Source of the DNA: Octopus vulgaris
Lineage: Eukaryota
Reading direction: 5' to 3'
Length of the DNA stretch: 64,000 nucleotides
Assembly (NCBI GenBank): GCA_951406725.2
Contig: OX597831.1
Location: 72,416,001 to 72,480,000, forward strand
Shown here: positions 52,791 to 64,000 of the stretch, in pieces
How positions within the stretch are numbered: the stretch's first letter is position 1
How the letters are laid out: every line of letters begins with the position of its first letter
Translations under genes and position numbers: made by a program
The notes under the pieces: model-generated
Database searches by the model: none
What the model was told of the DNA's origin: nothing
The model's input: the letters and a program-made list of their open reading frames with translations, nothing else

Positions 52791-53008
52791 CGAGGGTGTC
52801 TTGAAAAGTTCCTGGCTTTGGGTAAAAAAAAAATTGAAGAGGATCAGTTATTTATGCTTTTATTCAACACATTCCTCTCTCAGATTCACACACTTATTGC
52901 GGCGGTCCTTCAGTTTTTCTAAACCCTGCAAAAGAACTCGGAAGGTTGGGCCGCCAAGAAGGCCTTTCGCGATACCCTTAAAGCCAGCAACTTTTCAGCA
53001 CCCCCTTG
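52791..53008. mobile_element. mariner-derived MITE
   Basis: TA|CGAGGGTGTCTTGAAAAGTTCCTGGCTTT...AAAGCCAGCAACTTTTCAGCACCCCCTTG|TA. Confidence 0.8.
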
Positions 53009-53639
53009 TATATATTATAGATGTAATACATAACAGTGTCATAGTATCGACCAGACCATCAGATCCTGTTACACCGCTGATCACAATGCGCTTCCAGTTC
53101 TGTCTTGATTGCATCATTCTTTCCCATCATTCTTTCCAAATCACTTTATTAAATCGTCTTCCCATCACCTTGGACGCCTTCCAAGTGGCCTTTTCCAATC
53201 TCTTGAATACCATTCGGCAACTGCACAAGGTCCACTCGTTGTCTGTGAACCTAGCAACATGTAATGCACACGTATTATATTTGTAATAATTAAATAATTA
53301 AATTACATATTATGCACTTTATTGCGTTTTGTTACGCGCGAGATCCCCAAGTCCTAGAAAAGATCGTCTGGCATGAAACTGGTTGCGCTTTCCGAGCCTA
53401 TCACCGTTTTTTCCTAGGTCTTGTCGTACGATGTAGAATGCGAGCCAAAGCGGATGTCGCAAGATATCTCGTCCGTCAAGTTAATATTTTTCCACCTACA
53501 TTCCCCGCCCTCACCATTGTTGCTGCCGAAGCCGTCACCTCCTCCTCCTCCTCCCCACCATCGCCACCACCACACAAGACATTAACTTGTTTTATCAGAT
53601 TTATTAATACCTGTTTATTTTTTTTTCGTTTGTTTTTAG

Positions 53640-54091
53640 ATGGTAGAATCAGACTTGACCACCGGATCAAAGATAATCATCCAGGATTAACTATCCGAAG
53701 CAATGAGGTGAATCTGGCCTACCATCCTAAGAGACACAACTACTCGGATTTCAGAAGACGCGAAAAAGAGAGAAGAAAAAGATACGAAACGAAGAAATCG
53801 ATGGAGATCGATAGACTAAAGACTGAAAAACTGCAAATGAAGATGATGGAAGCAGCAATAGCGACAGAGAACACAGGACAATCCATAGCTGGAGGTTTTG
53901 AGAATATTTCGGAGACATCACTTTGCATTGGTACTTCGGATAACACAACAAACAATGGAGTGTCATCTTTAAATCGATGTCGGAAAAGGAAAGAGAAGAT
54001 GAGGACGGAACGGAAGAGATTCGAACAGTTGAAGTCCTTCAAATCGTTCTACTGTGGAACCGGTGAAACATCTTCCGATTCGGAATGCTAA
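53640..54091 (+). CDS. Possible terminal exon of an unidentified gene (basic/charged protein, ~150 codons)
   Basis: Long T-rich tract plus TAG acceptor at 53638-53639, 450 nt of non-repetitive open frame to TAA. No recognisable family. Confidence 0.45.
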
Positions 54092-54578
54092 GGATATTAT
54101 AATTTTTGATAATTCATTCTTAAACAAAAAATAGTAAAACTTAAATAAACATAAACAACAACAATAACAATATCAAAAACAAACGATAAGTTATTGGATT
54201 TTCGGACAATTTCATCCATCGTTCTTTCGGGGCTCAATAATAAAAAAAAAAGGGCTACAAATCGAGGTTGGCAGATTGGGTGGAGGGGACTGTAACAAAC
54301 GTCAAACCGGAAGTCTTCCGTTTTTGCTATGATTCTTTCCGTTCTGTGTTCAAATTCCGTTACGTCCTTCGTGGAGGGTTGACTTAATAATAACATCATT
54401 CAGTTTAACACCATTTCATGGCACCTTTAGCGGAGTCCATTTAGTTTGAAGCAGTCATGTCAGGTCTACAGTTCTTGGACATCTTCTTCCCACCTTCCCA
54501 TCAACATCTGAGAATCTGTAAAGTGTCATTGAGCAGTGCCTTTTGCTTCCTGATTGAGAGAGAGAGAGAGAAAGAGAA

Positions 54579-54639
<61 letters not shown>

Positions 54640-54767
54640 GGGGAGAGACGGGACTATGACAAACATATTTGCATGCATGTTTAGATGCCTATAGAAGACC
54701 GCTACTGATGCTAAATTGCGAATTGTAGAGGAGTCTGGAGGTGTGAGGGAAGCGTAGATTTACAGGA

Positions 54768-54936
54768 ATGAAGAAGAAGAAGAAGAAGAAGAAGAAGAAG
54801 AAGAAGAAGAAGAAGAAGAAGAAGGAAGAAGAAGAGGAAGAAGAAGAGGAAGAAGAAAAAGAAGAAGAAGAAGAAGAAGAAGAAGAAGAAGAAGAAGAAG
54901 AAGAAGAAGAAGAAGAAGAAAAAGAAGAAGGAAGAA

Positions 54937-55013
<77 letters not shown>

Positions 55014-55034
55014 AGAAGAAGAAGAAGAAGAAAA

Positions 55035-55095
<61 letters not shown>

Positions 55096-55138
55096 AGAAG
55101 AAGAAGAAGAAGAAGAAGAAGAAGAAGAAGAAGAAGAA

Positions 55139-55170
<32 letters not shown>

Positions 55171-55515
55171 AGGACGACTAGGAAGAGGAGGTGATGAATA
55201 AGAGCAAGAAAAATCAATATGTTTTTATATTTATCATTATCATCTTTCTCACAACCACCATCATCATCATCATCAACCTCATCCCTCACCATCACCACCA
55301 CCACCACCATCACCATTTCCACCTCTTTCATCATTATCATCATCATTATCATCATCATCATCACCATTATCATCATCATCATCTCCAATTATCATTATCA
55401 CTATCAGCAGCATCATCATCACCACCGTCATCATCATCACCGCCGTCATCATCATCATCATCATCATCACCACCACCATCACTACCATCATTATTATCAT
55501 CATCATCATCATGTA
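54768..55515. repeat. (GAA)n followed by (CAT/CAC)n microsatellites
   Basis: Directly visible. Confidence 0.97.
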
Positions 55516-55663
55516 TATTTAGCCATTCGTTATTCTCAGCTTATTATAAGCTAAAAAGCTGTGTTCTTCAGTCTCTAGCGACACCAGTTCCACAACGGAA
55601 TGCGAGCACATGCGCGTTGGGTAATTAGACAAGAGAGAGAGAGAGAAAGAGAGAGAAGCAGGT

Positions 55664-55698
<35 letters not shown>

Positions 55699-55759
55699 AG
55701 CAGGTAGAGAGAAAGAGGAAGAGAGAGAGATAAAGTGAGAAGCAGGAAGAGAAGAAGGG

Positions 55760-55794
<35 letters not shown>

Positions 55795-56455
55795 CAAGCA
55801 ACCCCACCAACAAATTTACCTCATTATCCCACCGAGCTTGAATTAGCTTTTTGTCTAAATCCGACGTAATTAAAATATTTCCTCTTTAGCTCCTAAGACT
55901 TCGTTTTCCGCCGCCATAAACTACGTAACCATCACTATCTCTCTTCCATTACTTGCTCCTCTCTTCCCCTTAGTTTATGCTCTAATCCACTACACCCCTC
56001 TTTGGACAAAACGCTTAGCGGCTTTTTAAAGACTTCTCGTATGTTCTGGGTTCAAATTCCGCCTAGTTCGACTTACGGGGTCGACGAAATAGATACCAGC
56101 TGAGCACTTGGGGCGATGCTATAGACAAGCCCCCTCCCCTCAAATTTACTGGTCTTATGCTAAAATATTATGATTATTGTCGTTGCTGTTGTTGTTGTTG
56201 TCGTCGTTGTTGTTGTCTGAGGTGTCATTGCTGCTGTTGTTGTTGTTGTTAGAGAGCGGACGACGGCAAAACCTTACGGCACATAATTCCGGTCTAACCT
56301 TGATGCTTCACACCCAACCAACCAACCCTGGCGCCACCAGCACAGGCTTCGAAAATACCACTCTCCCCACCCTCACCTCAAGGAAGTCAAGGCAGTCTTG
56401 TTTCTTCCAACAGCTCAAAGACACGAGCATTTACAGCATTTGAAACATACACACG

Positions 56456-56504
<49 letters not shown>

Positions 56505-56529
56505 TTACATATTTACAAACACAGATATG

Positions 56530-56593
56530 TGCATGCATACATACATACATACATACATACATACATACATACATACACACATACATACATACG

Positions 56594-56627
<34 letters not shown>

Positions 56628-56997
56628 CATACATGCATACATTCATACATACATACATACATACATACATACATACATACATACATACATACATACATAC
56701 ATGTATACATACATACAAACATATATGCATACAAACATATATGCATACATACATACATACATATATACATACATGCATACATTCATACATACATACATAC
56801 ATACATACATACATACATACATACATACATACATACATACATGTATACATACATACAAACATATATGCATACATTCATACATACATACATACATACATAC
56901 ATACATACATACATACATACATGCATACATACATACATACATACATACATACATACATACATACATACATACATACATACATACATACATACATACG
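56530..56997. repeat. (CATA)n microsatellite
   Basis: Directly visible. Confidence 0.97.
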
Positions 56998-57199
56998 TAT
57001 CGCTGATTTCTTCCAAGGAATCTAGTGGTCTTAGCTTAGTTTTTCCTTGGGGCTGGCCAGATTGCAGCAATCTCGAGTATAACCAGCCGATATTGCAAAT
57101 ATAATCTGGAACTCGACTGAAGAAAGAAAACTCCGAACGATCCCTCCTTGTATCGTCTGTCTGGATGTTTTGCGTTCTTGTCCCATTTTTGGTATTCCT

Positions 57200-57792
<593 letters not shown>

Positions 57793-59189
57793 CATAAGCA
57801 CAGGCGTGGCTGTGTGGTAAGAAGCTTGCTTCCGAACCACATGGTTCCGGGTTTAGTTCCACACCTTAGGCAAGTGTCTTCTACTGTAGCCTCGGGCCGA
57901 CTAAAGCCTTGTGAGTGGATTCGGTAGACGGAAACAGAAAGAAGCCCGTCGTATACTCACACACACACACACACACATTGGTATTTAAATAAGCCTAAAG
58001 CTTATATAAATACCATAATCATTATTTACAGGACTGTAAAACCCGGTACCGTATAACAAAACCATATATATGAACGTTTTAAGTTACTTTGGTAGTATTT
58101 TTTTTCACCAAATAATTGAACTACAGAGAAGTTTTATGAGTAGCACGGCAATCTATGTTTCCGATTAATCTAGGAACGGAAAATCAAATTGCTCTTTCAT
58201 TATCATAGAACATATAAGTTCGCAAGCGATGCAAAGTAGAGCTACTGAAGTGTTTTGGCAGTAGATTACGGATAATGACTACAAAATATAGTTGTGTTAC
58301 ATGAAAGCGAAATTTCTTGTCAGAAACAGCCACATACATTGTGTAATGAAATTGAAGGAAGACGTTGAAACTGCCCCTCTGCGAGTTTATTTTTTTCAAC
58401 AGCAAAGGAAGTTATTTTTTCGAAGAGATAAGCTAACAAAAGCCCCTTTATTCTATGTTCTCACATAGCCTGCATATAAACTAACAGCGAGTGCTGCATA
58501 AAGTTAAATTGGCATGGAGCTTTCTGAAAGCTTTCGCTAGTGAAGCAAAACGCTTATTTAAAGGTTGATTCTTTGGGACGAGTCATATGTGATTGTTTGA
58601 AAAAGACTAGAAATATGCTAAAGCATATTTGAAACAATGGACAACAGTCGAAAATTTATAATGGATGAGTAAATAAGAATCCTTAAAGTGAAACGCATTG
58701 GTAGGTAAAGAAAGGTATTATAAAAATAAGAACGTTCTCCTATTCTTAATAATATATTTTACTGACTATATTTTACATGCAGCGGCAATACACATAAGTT
58801 TGGAATGACAACAAGATTTCTTTTTAAGATATATACATTATTTATTTTACATATTTTACAATCATGTTTGATGTTGGAAGTTTGTAAGTGTTCGCATGTT
58901 TTTGTGTCTGTGTGTTCGTTAGGCGTAAAAAGGTACTGACCAGTGAAATGACGATGGGATTTGATTCACAGTTAATGTTGTTGGTATCGGCTTGGCAACA
59001 GGTAATAACAGATGGCTTAAGGTAGTTCTTAGAAGAAACTAGAACCCAAGAACAGATAATTGATTTACCGTTTATGAGGTACACTATAAGAGTCCCATAT
59101 CAAGATATTGCATGTCGCAGTTGAGATTAATTGAATCACTCGTTGTGTTTATCTTTCTCTTGATATGAATATACTTCCAGACATGTTAC

Positions 59190-60480
59190 TGTAGCCGTTT
59201 TCTTCGTGGCGAGAATTTCACCTAACCGCTATAGTTGAATCTGTAGTTGTCTCGTGTACAATTTAAATCTTCGATGTTTGTCGATTGGTTCTTGCTGCTT
59301 CTTCATTATATGTTCTGCTTGGTTATGTTTCTCTAGTTATAGATATCTTGTAACCGTTTTCTTCATGGTGATTTTTCACACTAACAGTATGAGAGGTATC
59401 TGTAACATCTTGTATTAATGGTGGTCGCCTGCCTCGAAACTGGAACTTGGTCGAGTATTCTCTGTGTGGTCAGAGACTTAGTTCTTAAAAGAACTAAAAG
59501 CCTAAGACGAGCTGTGTGGTCAGAGGTTTAGCTCTGAGAAGAACTAAAAACCTAAGACGAATATTTTTCTGAGAAACCTTGTTTTATAAGCTTCACATGG
59601 CTCCCAATGAACTTCAGAAATGGAAAGCTGTGATTGGCTGCTTGGACTATGGCGCGAAAATAAGTCGAGACATTTTGCGCCCAGTTATAACCAGCGGTGC
59701 GAGCGTAGTAGAGACCAACGTGTCAGCCAATCGAATTAGTGTTTACATCAATGTTGAACCAGCCAAAGCTGTTTGTAATCTCGACCGAGATCATTCTATA
59801 TACTCTTCTCAAACAGTGAAGATAGCACTGAGAGACGATATTGCTACATATACCTAACCGCTATAGTTGAATCTGTAGTTGTCTCGTGTACAATTTAAAT
59901 CTTCGATGTTTGTCGATTGGTTCTTGCTGCTTCTTCATTATATGTTCTGCTTGGTTATGTTTCTCTAGTTATAGATATCTTGTAACCGTTTTCTTCATGG
60001 TGATTTTTCACACTAACAGTATGAGAGGTATCTGTAACATCTTGTATTAATGGTGGTCGCCTGCCTCGAAACTGGAACTTGGTCGAGTATTCTCTGTGTG
60101 GTCAGAGACTTAGTTCTTAAAAGAACTAAAAGCCTAAGACGAGCTGTGTGGTCAGAAGTTTAGCTCTGAGAAGAACTAAAAACCTAAGACGAATATTTTT
60201 CTGAGAAACCTTGTTTTATAAGCTTCATATGGCTCCCAATGAACTTCAGAAATGGAAAGCTGTGATTGGCTGCTTGGACTATGGCGCGAAAATAAGTCGA
60301 GACATTTTGCGCCAAGTTATAACCAGCGGTGCGAGCGTAGTAGAGACCAACGTGTCAGCCAATCGAATTAGTGTTTACATCAATGTTGAACCAGCCAAAG
60401 CTGTTTGTAATCTCGACCGAGGTCATTCTATATACTCTTCTCAAACAGTGAAGATAGCACTGAGAGACGATATTGCTACA
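59190..60480. mobile_element. LTR-like sequence in tandem duplicate (632-bp period)
   Basis: Unit 59190-59848 starts TGTAGC and ends GCTACA. A second nearly identical unit 59852-60480 lacks the first ~30 bp. Confidence 0.65.
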
Positions 60481-60609
60481 GTATCAACAAATACAAGAGA
60501 GGGAATGGAACAAAACCTTTCAAGTAACTCAGAATAGGTAAAGGTAAGCTTGCCAAAGTTTAATGCAGTTTAAATATGGAGATTAAGATTGTTTGGTATT
60601 GGATAGTCA

Positions 60610-61075
60610 TCGCGTACAGTGTTCCTAGTCAATGTTATCAGTATGGCAGGTGGACAGTCACAATAAATAAATGGACAAAATCCTTTTACTTTTATAAAAA
60701 CATTAAGCAAGTATGGAAGACCCTGCATACTAAAAAACTATATCCATTTAGATCCATTTATGCAGGAGCTCTGGGCAAAATGTTTAGTGCATGGCCATCC
60801 CTGGGACAAAAGTAATGTATGTGTAAATTTTGGTGAATATGCGTTCAGTGTTCTTAGTCAATTTAATCACCGTCGCTGGTAGAGAGTGGCAATAAATAAA
60901 TAGGCAAAATCCTTTCACTTTTAAAAAAGATTAACAAATTATGGAAGATCCTACACACAAAAAACTATGTCCGTTTACGTCCATTTACGCGCGAGCTCTG
61001 GGGAAAATGTTATAGTGCATGACCATCCTTGGGACATAAGTGATGTGAGCGTTAAGTTTGGTGAAAATCGGTTAA
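60610..61075. repeat. ~230-bp diverged tandem dimer
   Basis: CAGTGTTC.TAGTCAAT...GAGCTCTGGG.AAAATGTT...TTTGGTGAA at about 60617 and 60847. Confidence 0.75.
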
Positions 61076-61149
61076 ACTTATTTTGAAAAACAACATCTAC
61101 AAAATGGAAATAACTGAAAGATTGTGGTGAAATATTTTGATAATGTATA

Positions 61150-61750
61150 GTGACATTCATTGGATGACATAATTAACTCATATCCCCAACACTATTGTCT
61201 GCAACACACCCCAAGATCACCACACTTCCCCCACTTCGCTTTACAGTTGGAACCATACACTCAGGAGTCATCTGTTCGCCTCACATAAACTCTATGCCGC
61301 GATGCGAAGATTTCAAACTTTGATTCATCAGTGCAGAGGACTCGTTTTCATTGATGTTTGGTGTCTTCAGGACCACTTTATTTAAAGGTCGGAACAGTGG
61401 TCTTCTAGCAGCGCAACGGCCATTTAGACTGGCAGCAATGAGTCTTCTCCTCGCGGTTGTAGGAGACACGTTAGCTTCACCGGCTTCACTTACTTGTGCA
61501 GCGATTTCATTTGCTGTCAGGCGCCTGTTTCGAAGATTGGTGACTCTGATGAACTTATTTAAAAATCACTTTTGGACGACCTGACCGAGCTCTGTTTGTG
61601 ATTTTGTCTTGTTTCATTATACCTAACAATGGCGGAGCGGCCGGTAATGTGGGAAACTTTAACTTGCTTAGCTATATCTCGAAAACTATAGCCTTCATTA
61701 CGTAATATACCAATGCTTTGTCTATTTTCAGGTGATAAATTACCGGTTAT
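61150..61750 (-). pseudogene. Tc1-family transposase remnant
   Basis: LSPENRQSIGILRNEGYSFRDIAKQVKVS, SPTTARRRL...LNGR.AARRP, DESKFEIF, with frameshifts. Confidence 0.85.
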
Positions 61751-61794
61751 GCTTATATTTAGATTGATTTTTAGGAATTTCACTAATCTTATTT

Positions 61795-61997
61795 ATAAAG
61801 TTCTATATTTAAGAGATGAGGAATTATGTACATTATTTACATTATTTACATTTGACGGATATTTGTCTTCATCTTGTTTGTTGTTAACATAACATTTCGG
61901 CTGATATACCCTCCAGCCTTCATCAGGTGTCTTGGGGAAATTTCGAACCTGGGTTCTCATTCCTGGAACCGAACTCGAGTTCGATTCCAGGTGATGA

Positions 61998-62078
<81 letters not shown>

Positions 62079-62232
62079 CAATAACGTCGAAAAACCCCTT
62101 GGAATGAGAACCCATGTTCGAAATTTCCCCAAGACACCTCATGAAGGCTGGAGAGTATATCAGCCGAAACGTTGTGATAACAACAAACAAGATGAGGACA
62201 AACATCCGCCAAATGTAAATAATGTAAATAAC
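61795..62232. mobile_element. Inverted pair of Penelope-like pseudo-LTRs around (AAT)n, each with a hammerhead motif
   Basis: 61830-61965 is the reverse complement of 62101-62230. Minus copy GACAC-CTGATGA-A-GGCTG...CAGCC-GAAA. Confidence 0.75.
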
Positions 62233-62676
62233 CTTATTTAAATAATAATTGAACCCGAAAGAACAATAAAACATTTAACGTAGCCATTAAATGATGTTAT
62301 CTCGACCGACAGCACATAAGGAGTAGAAATAATCAAAATGTATTTCAATGTTGCCAAAAAGGGGATTCTAAAATACTTTTGGCAACATTCCTAAATAGGT
62401 TTGCCATCACGAAATAAGATTAACATGTCTAAATAGTATTATTCCATATCAAATAAACCGAAAACTTTATGCAATATGTTATTCCATATTTTTATGCCAA
62501 AATCTTTTCTAAATCGATGACTTTGAACTAAAAATTCGACTTTGAAACAAAATTTTGGAGGTGATCATAAACTTTTGGATAGTAGTGTAGACTCTCCCAT
62601 ATTTATCGCTTATCAGCGCACTCTGTTCACCCACATTTCTCAGAAATATCATGTCCACGCATTTTCAAGAACCCTA

Positions 62677-62832
62677 CAGGTGTGGCTGTGTGGTTACAAG
62701 CTTGCTTCCCAACCACATGGTTCGAGTTCAGTCCCACTGCATGGCACATTGGGCAAGTGTCTTCTACTATAGCCTCAGGCCGACCAAAGCCTTGAGAGTA
62801 GATTTGGTTGACGGAAACTGAAAGAAGCCCGT

Positions 62833-62868
<36 letters not shown>

Positions 62869-63450
62869 TATGTGTATATATATCAGTGTATGCGGAGGCG
62901 CAATGGCCCAGTGGTTAGGGCAGCGAACTTGCGGTTGCAGGATCGCGGTTTCGATTCCCAGACCGGGCGTTGTGAGTGTTTATTGAGCGAAAACACCTAA
63001 AAGCTCCACGAGGCTCCGGCAGGGGGTAGTGATCCCTGCTGTACTCTTTCACCACTCTTTCTCTCACTCTTTCGTCTGTTGGCTTGCTCGCTTAGCCAGC
63101 GGGGTGGCGTCATTCGAAGGCTAAAACAATGCGAAGCGCATTGTGACCAGCGTTGTGTAGCAACATCTGATGGTCTGGTCGGTCACGTGATCACGTGATA
63201 TCAGTGTATATCTGAGTGTGTGTGTTCCTGTTTGTGTTTGTCCCCTCCCCCCACCGCTTCACAACCAGTATCGGTGTGTTTACCACCCCGTATCTAGCGG
63301 TTCGGCAAAAGCGACCGATAGAATAAGTACCCGGCTTAACAAAAAGTAAATACTGGGGTCGATTCATTCGACTAAAAAATTCTTCAAAACTACACCTGGG
63401 CCCCAGCATGGCCCAGGTCTAATGACTGAAGCATGTAAAAATAAAGGATA
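62677..63450 (+). mobile_element. SINE family A with nested tRNA-derived SINE
   Basis: Family A head and tail split by an insertion in the internal (TA)/(TG) tract. Confidence 0.88.
62892..63197 (+). mobile_element. tRNA-derived SINE (family D) with 12-bp TSD
   Basis: A box TGGCCCAGTGG, B box GTTTCGATTCC, TSD ATATCAGTGTAT at 62880-62891 and 63198-63209. Confidence 0.88.
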
Positions 63451-64000
63451 AAATATATATATCAAAGGTCCCTTCAGAGCCATAGGCTCGAAGGGCCAGT
63501 TTTTTTTATTCTGTAGCGGATATATTCCACCCCCACCCACCACCACCACCACCAAGCCACCTTCGACGAGACGACGGTCCGTCGCAGGATTAATTATATT
63601 TGCCAGCTGAGTGGACTGAGGCAATTTGAAATTACGAGTTTGCTCAAGAACGTAAAGGGTCGTCCAGATATCGAACCCAGAACCTTACGATCATGAGTGC
63701 AACACCCTAACCAATAATCCACGTGTCTCCGCATATACATCTATGTACATATACATACATATAAACACATCTAAAGTGTATGCATACGTATGTATGCATG
63801 TATACATACATACATAATACATACATACATCATACATACACACATATATAGATACATATATACATACGCGCACACACAAACTCTAAGACGTACAGCAGTA
63901 TATATTTATTACTGGTGAAGACCGGTTTATAGGGTTACCCTGGGTTTCTCGCCATAAAGGGTACCTTTATGGCATTTCCTCAGATCCTAAGACCCGTTGG

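Noticed and set aside
54711-57104. Long poly-K/E/H/L and YIHT ORFs
   Set aside because: Translations of (GAA)n, (CAT)n and (CATA)n microsatellites. The same applies to ORFs at 25400-26370, 36300-37400, 43130-43610 and 47100-47690.
59579-60537. Duplicated 92-108 aa ORFs as genes
   Set aside because: They start at TTG inside the LTR-like tandem repeat and have no protein family features.
62892-62970. tRNA gene
   Set aside because: tRNA-like head runs into a SINE body with a TSD and lacks a proper acceptor stem.

Overview
Repeat-rich, AT-rich eukaryotic genomic DNA, most likely from an octopus (inferred from the tRNA-derived CORE-type SINE families, RTE tails and heavy microsatellite load). 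Almost all ORFs in the supplied track are microsatellite or SINE artefacts. Supported content: (1) five coding exons of an OXNAD1-like oxidoreductase gene on + (1376-17379), largely missed by the ORF track, with a deviant C-terminal CGP motif. (2) A tRNA cluster (about 23.2-36.9 kb) with intact tRNA-Ser(TGA) x2, tRNA-Ser(CGA), tRNA-Glu(CTC), several Ser pseudogenes, and one well-folded Ser-type tRNA with a TCA anticodon (candidate UGA suppressor, not tRNA-Sec). (3) Many mobile elements: RTE, R4/Dong, CR1, Tx1/L1, CRE-like and Penelope retroelements, a decayed hAT with an 8-bp TSD, Tc1/mariner and piggyBac derivatives, non-autonomous Helitrons, a tandem LTR-like repeat and nested SINEs. (4) Several minimal hammerhead-ribozyme-like motifs and long palindromes. 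(5) A possible orphan terminal exon at 53640-54091. Repeat boundaries are by eye and approximate unless TSDs or termini are quoted.
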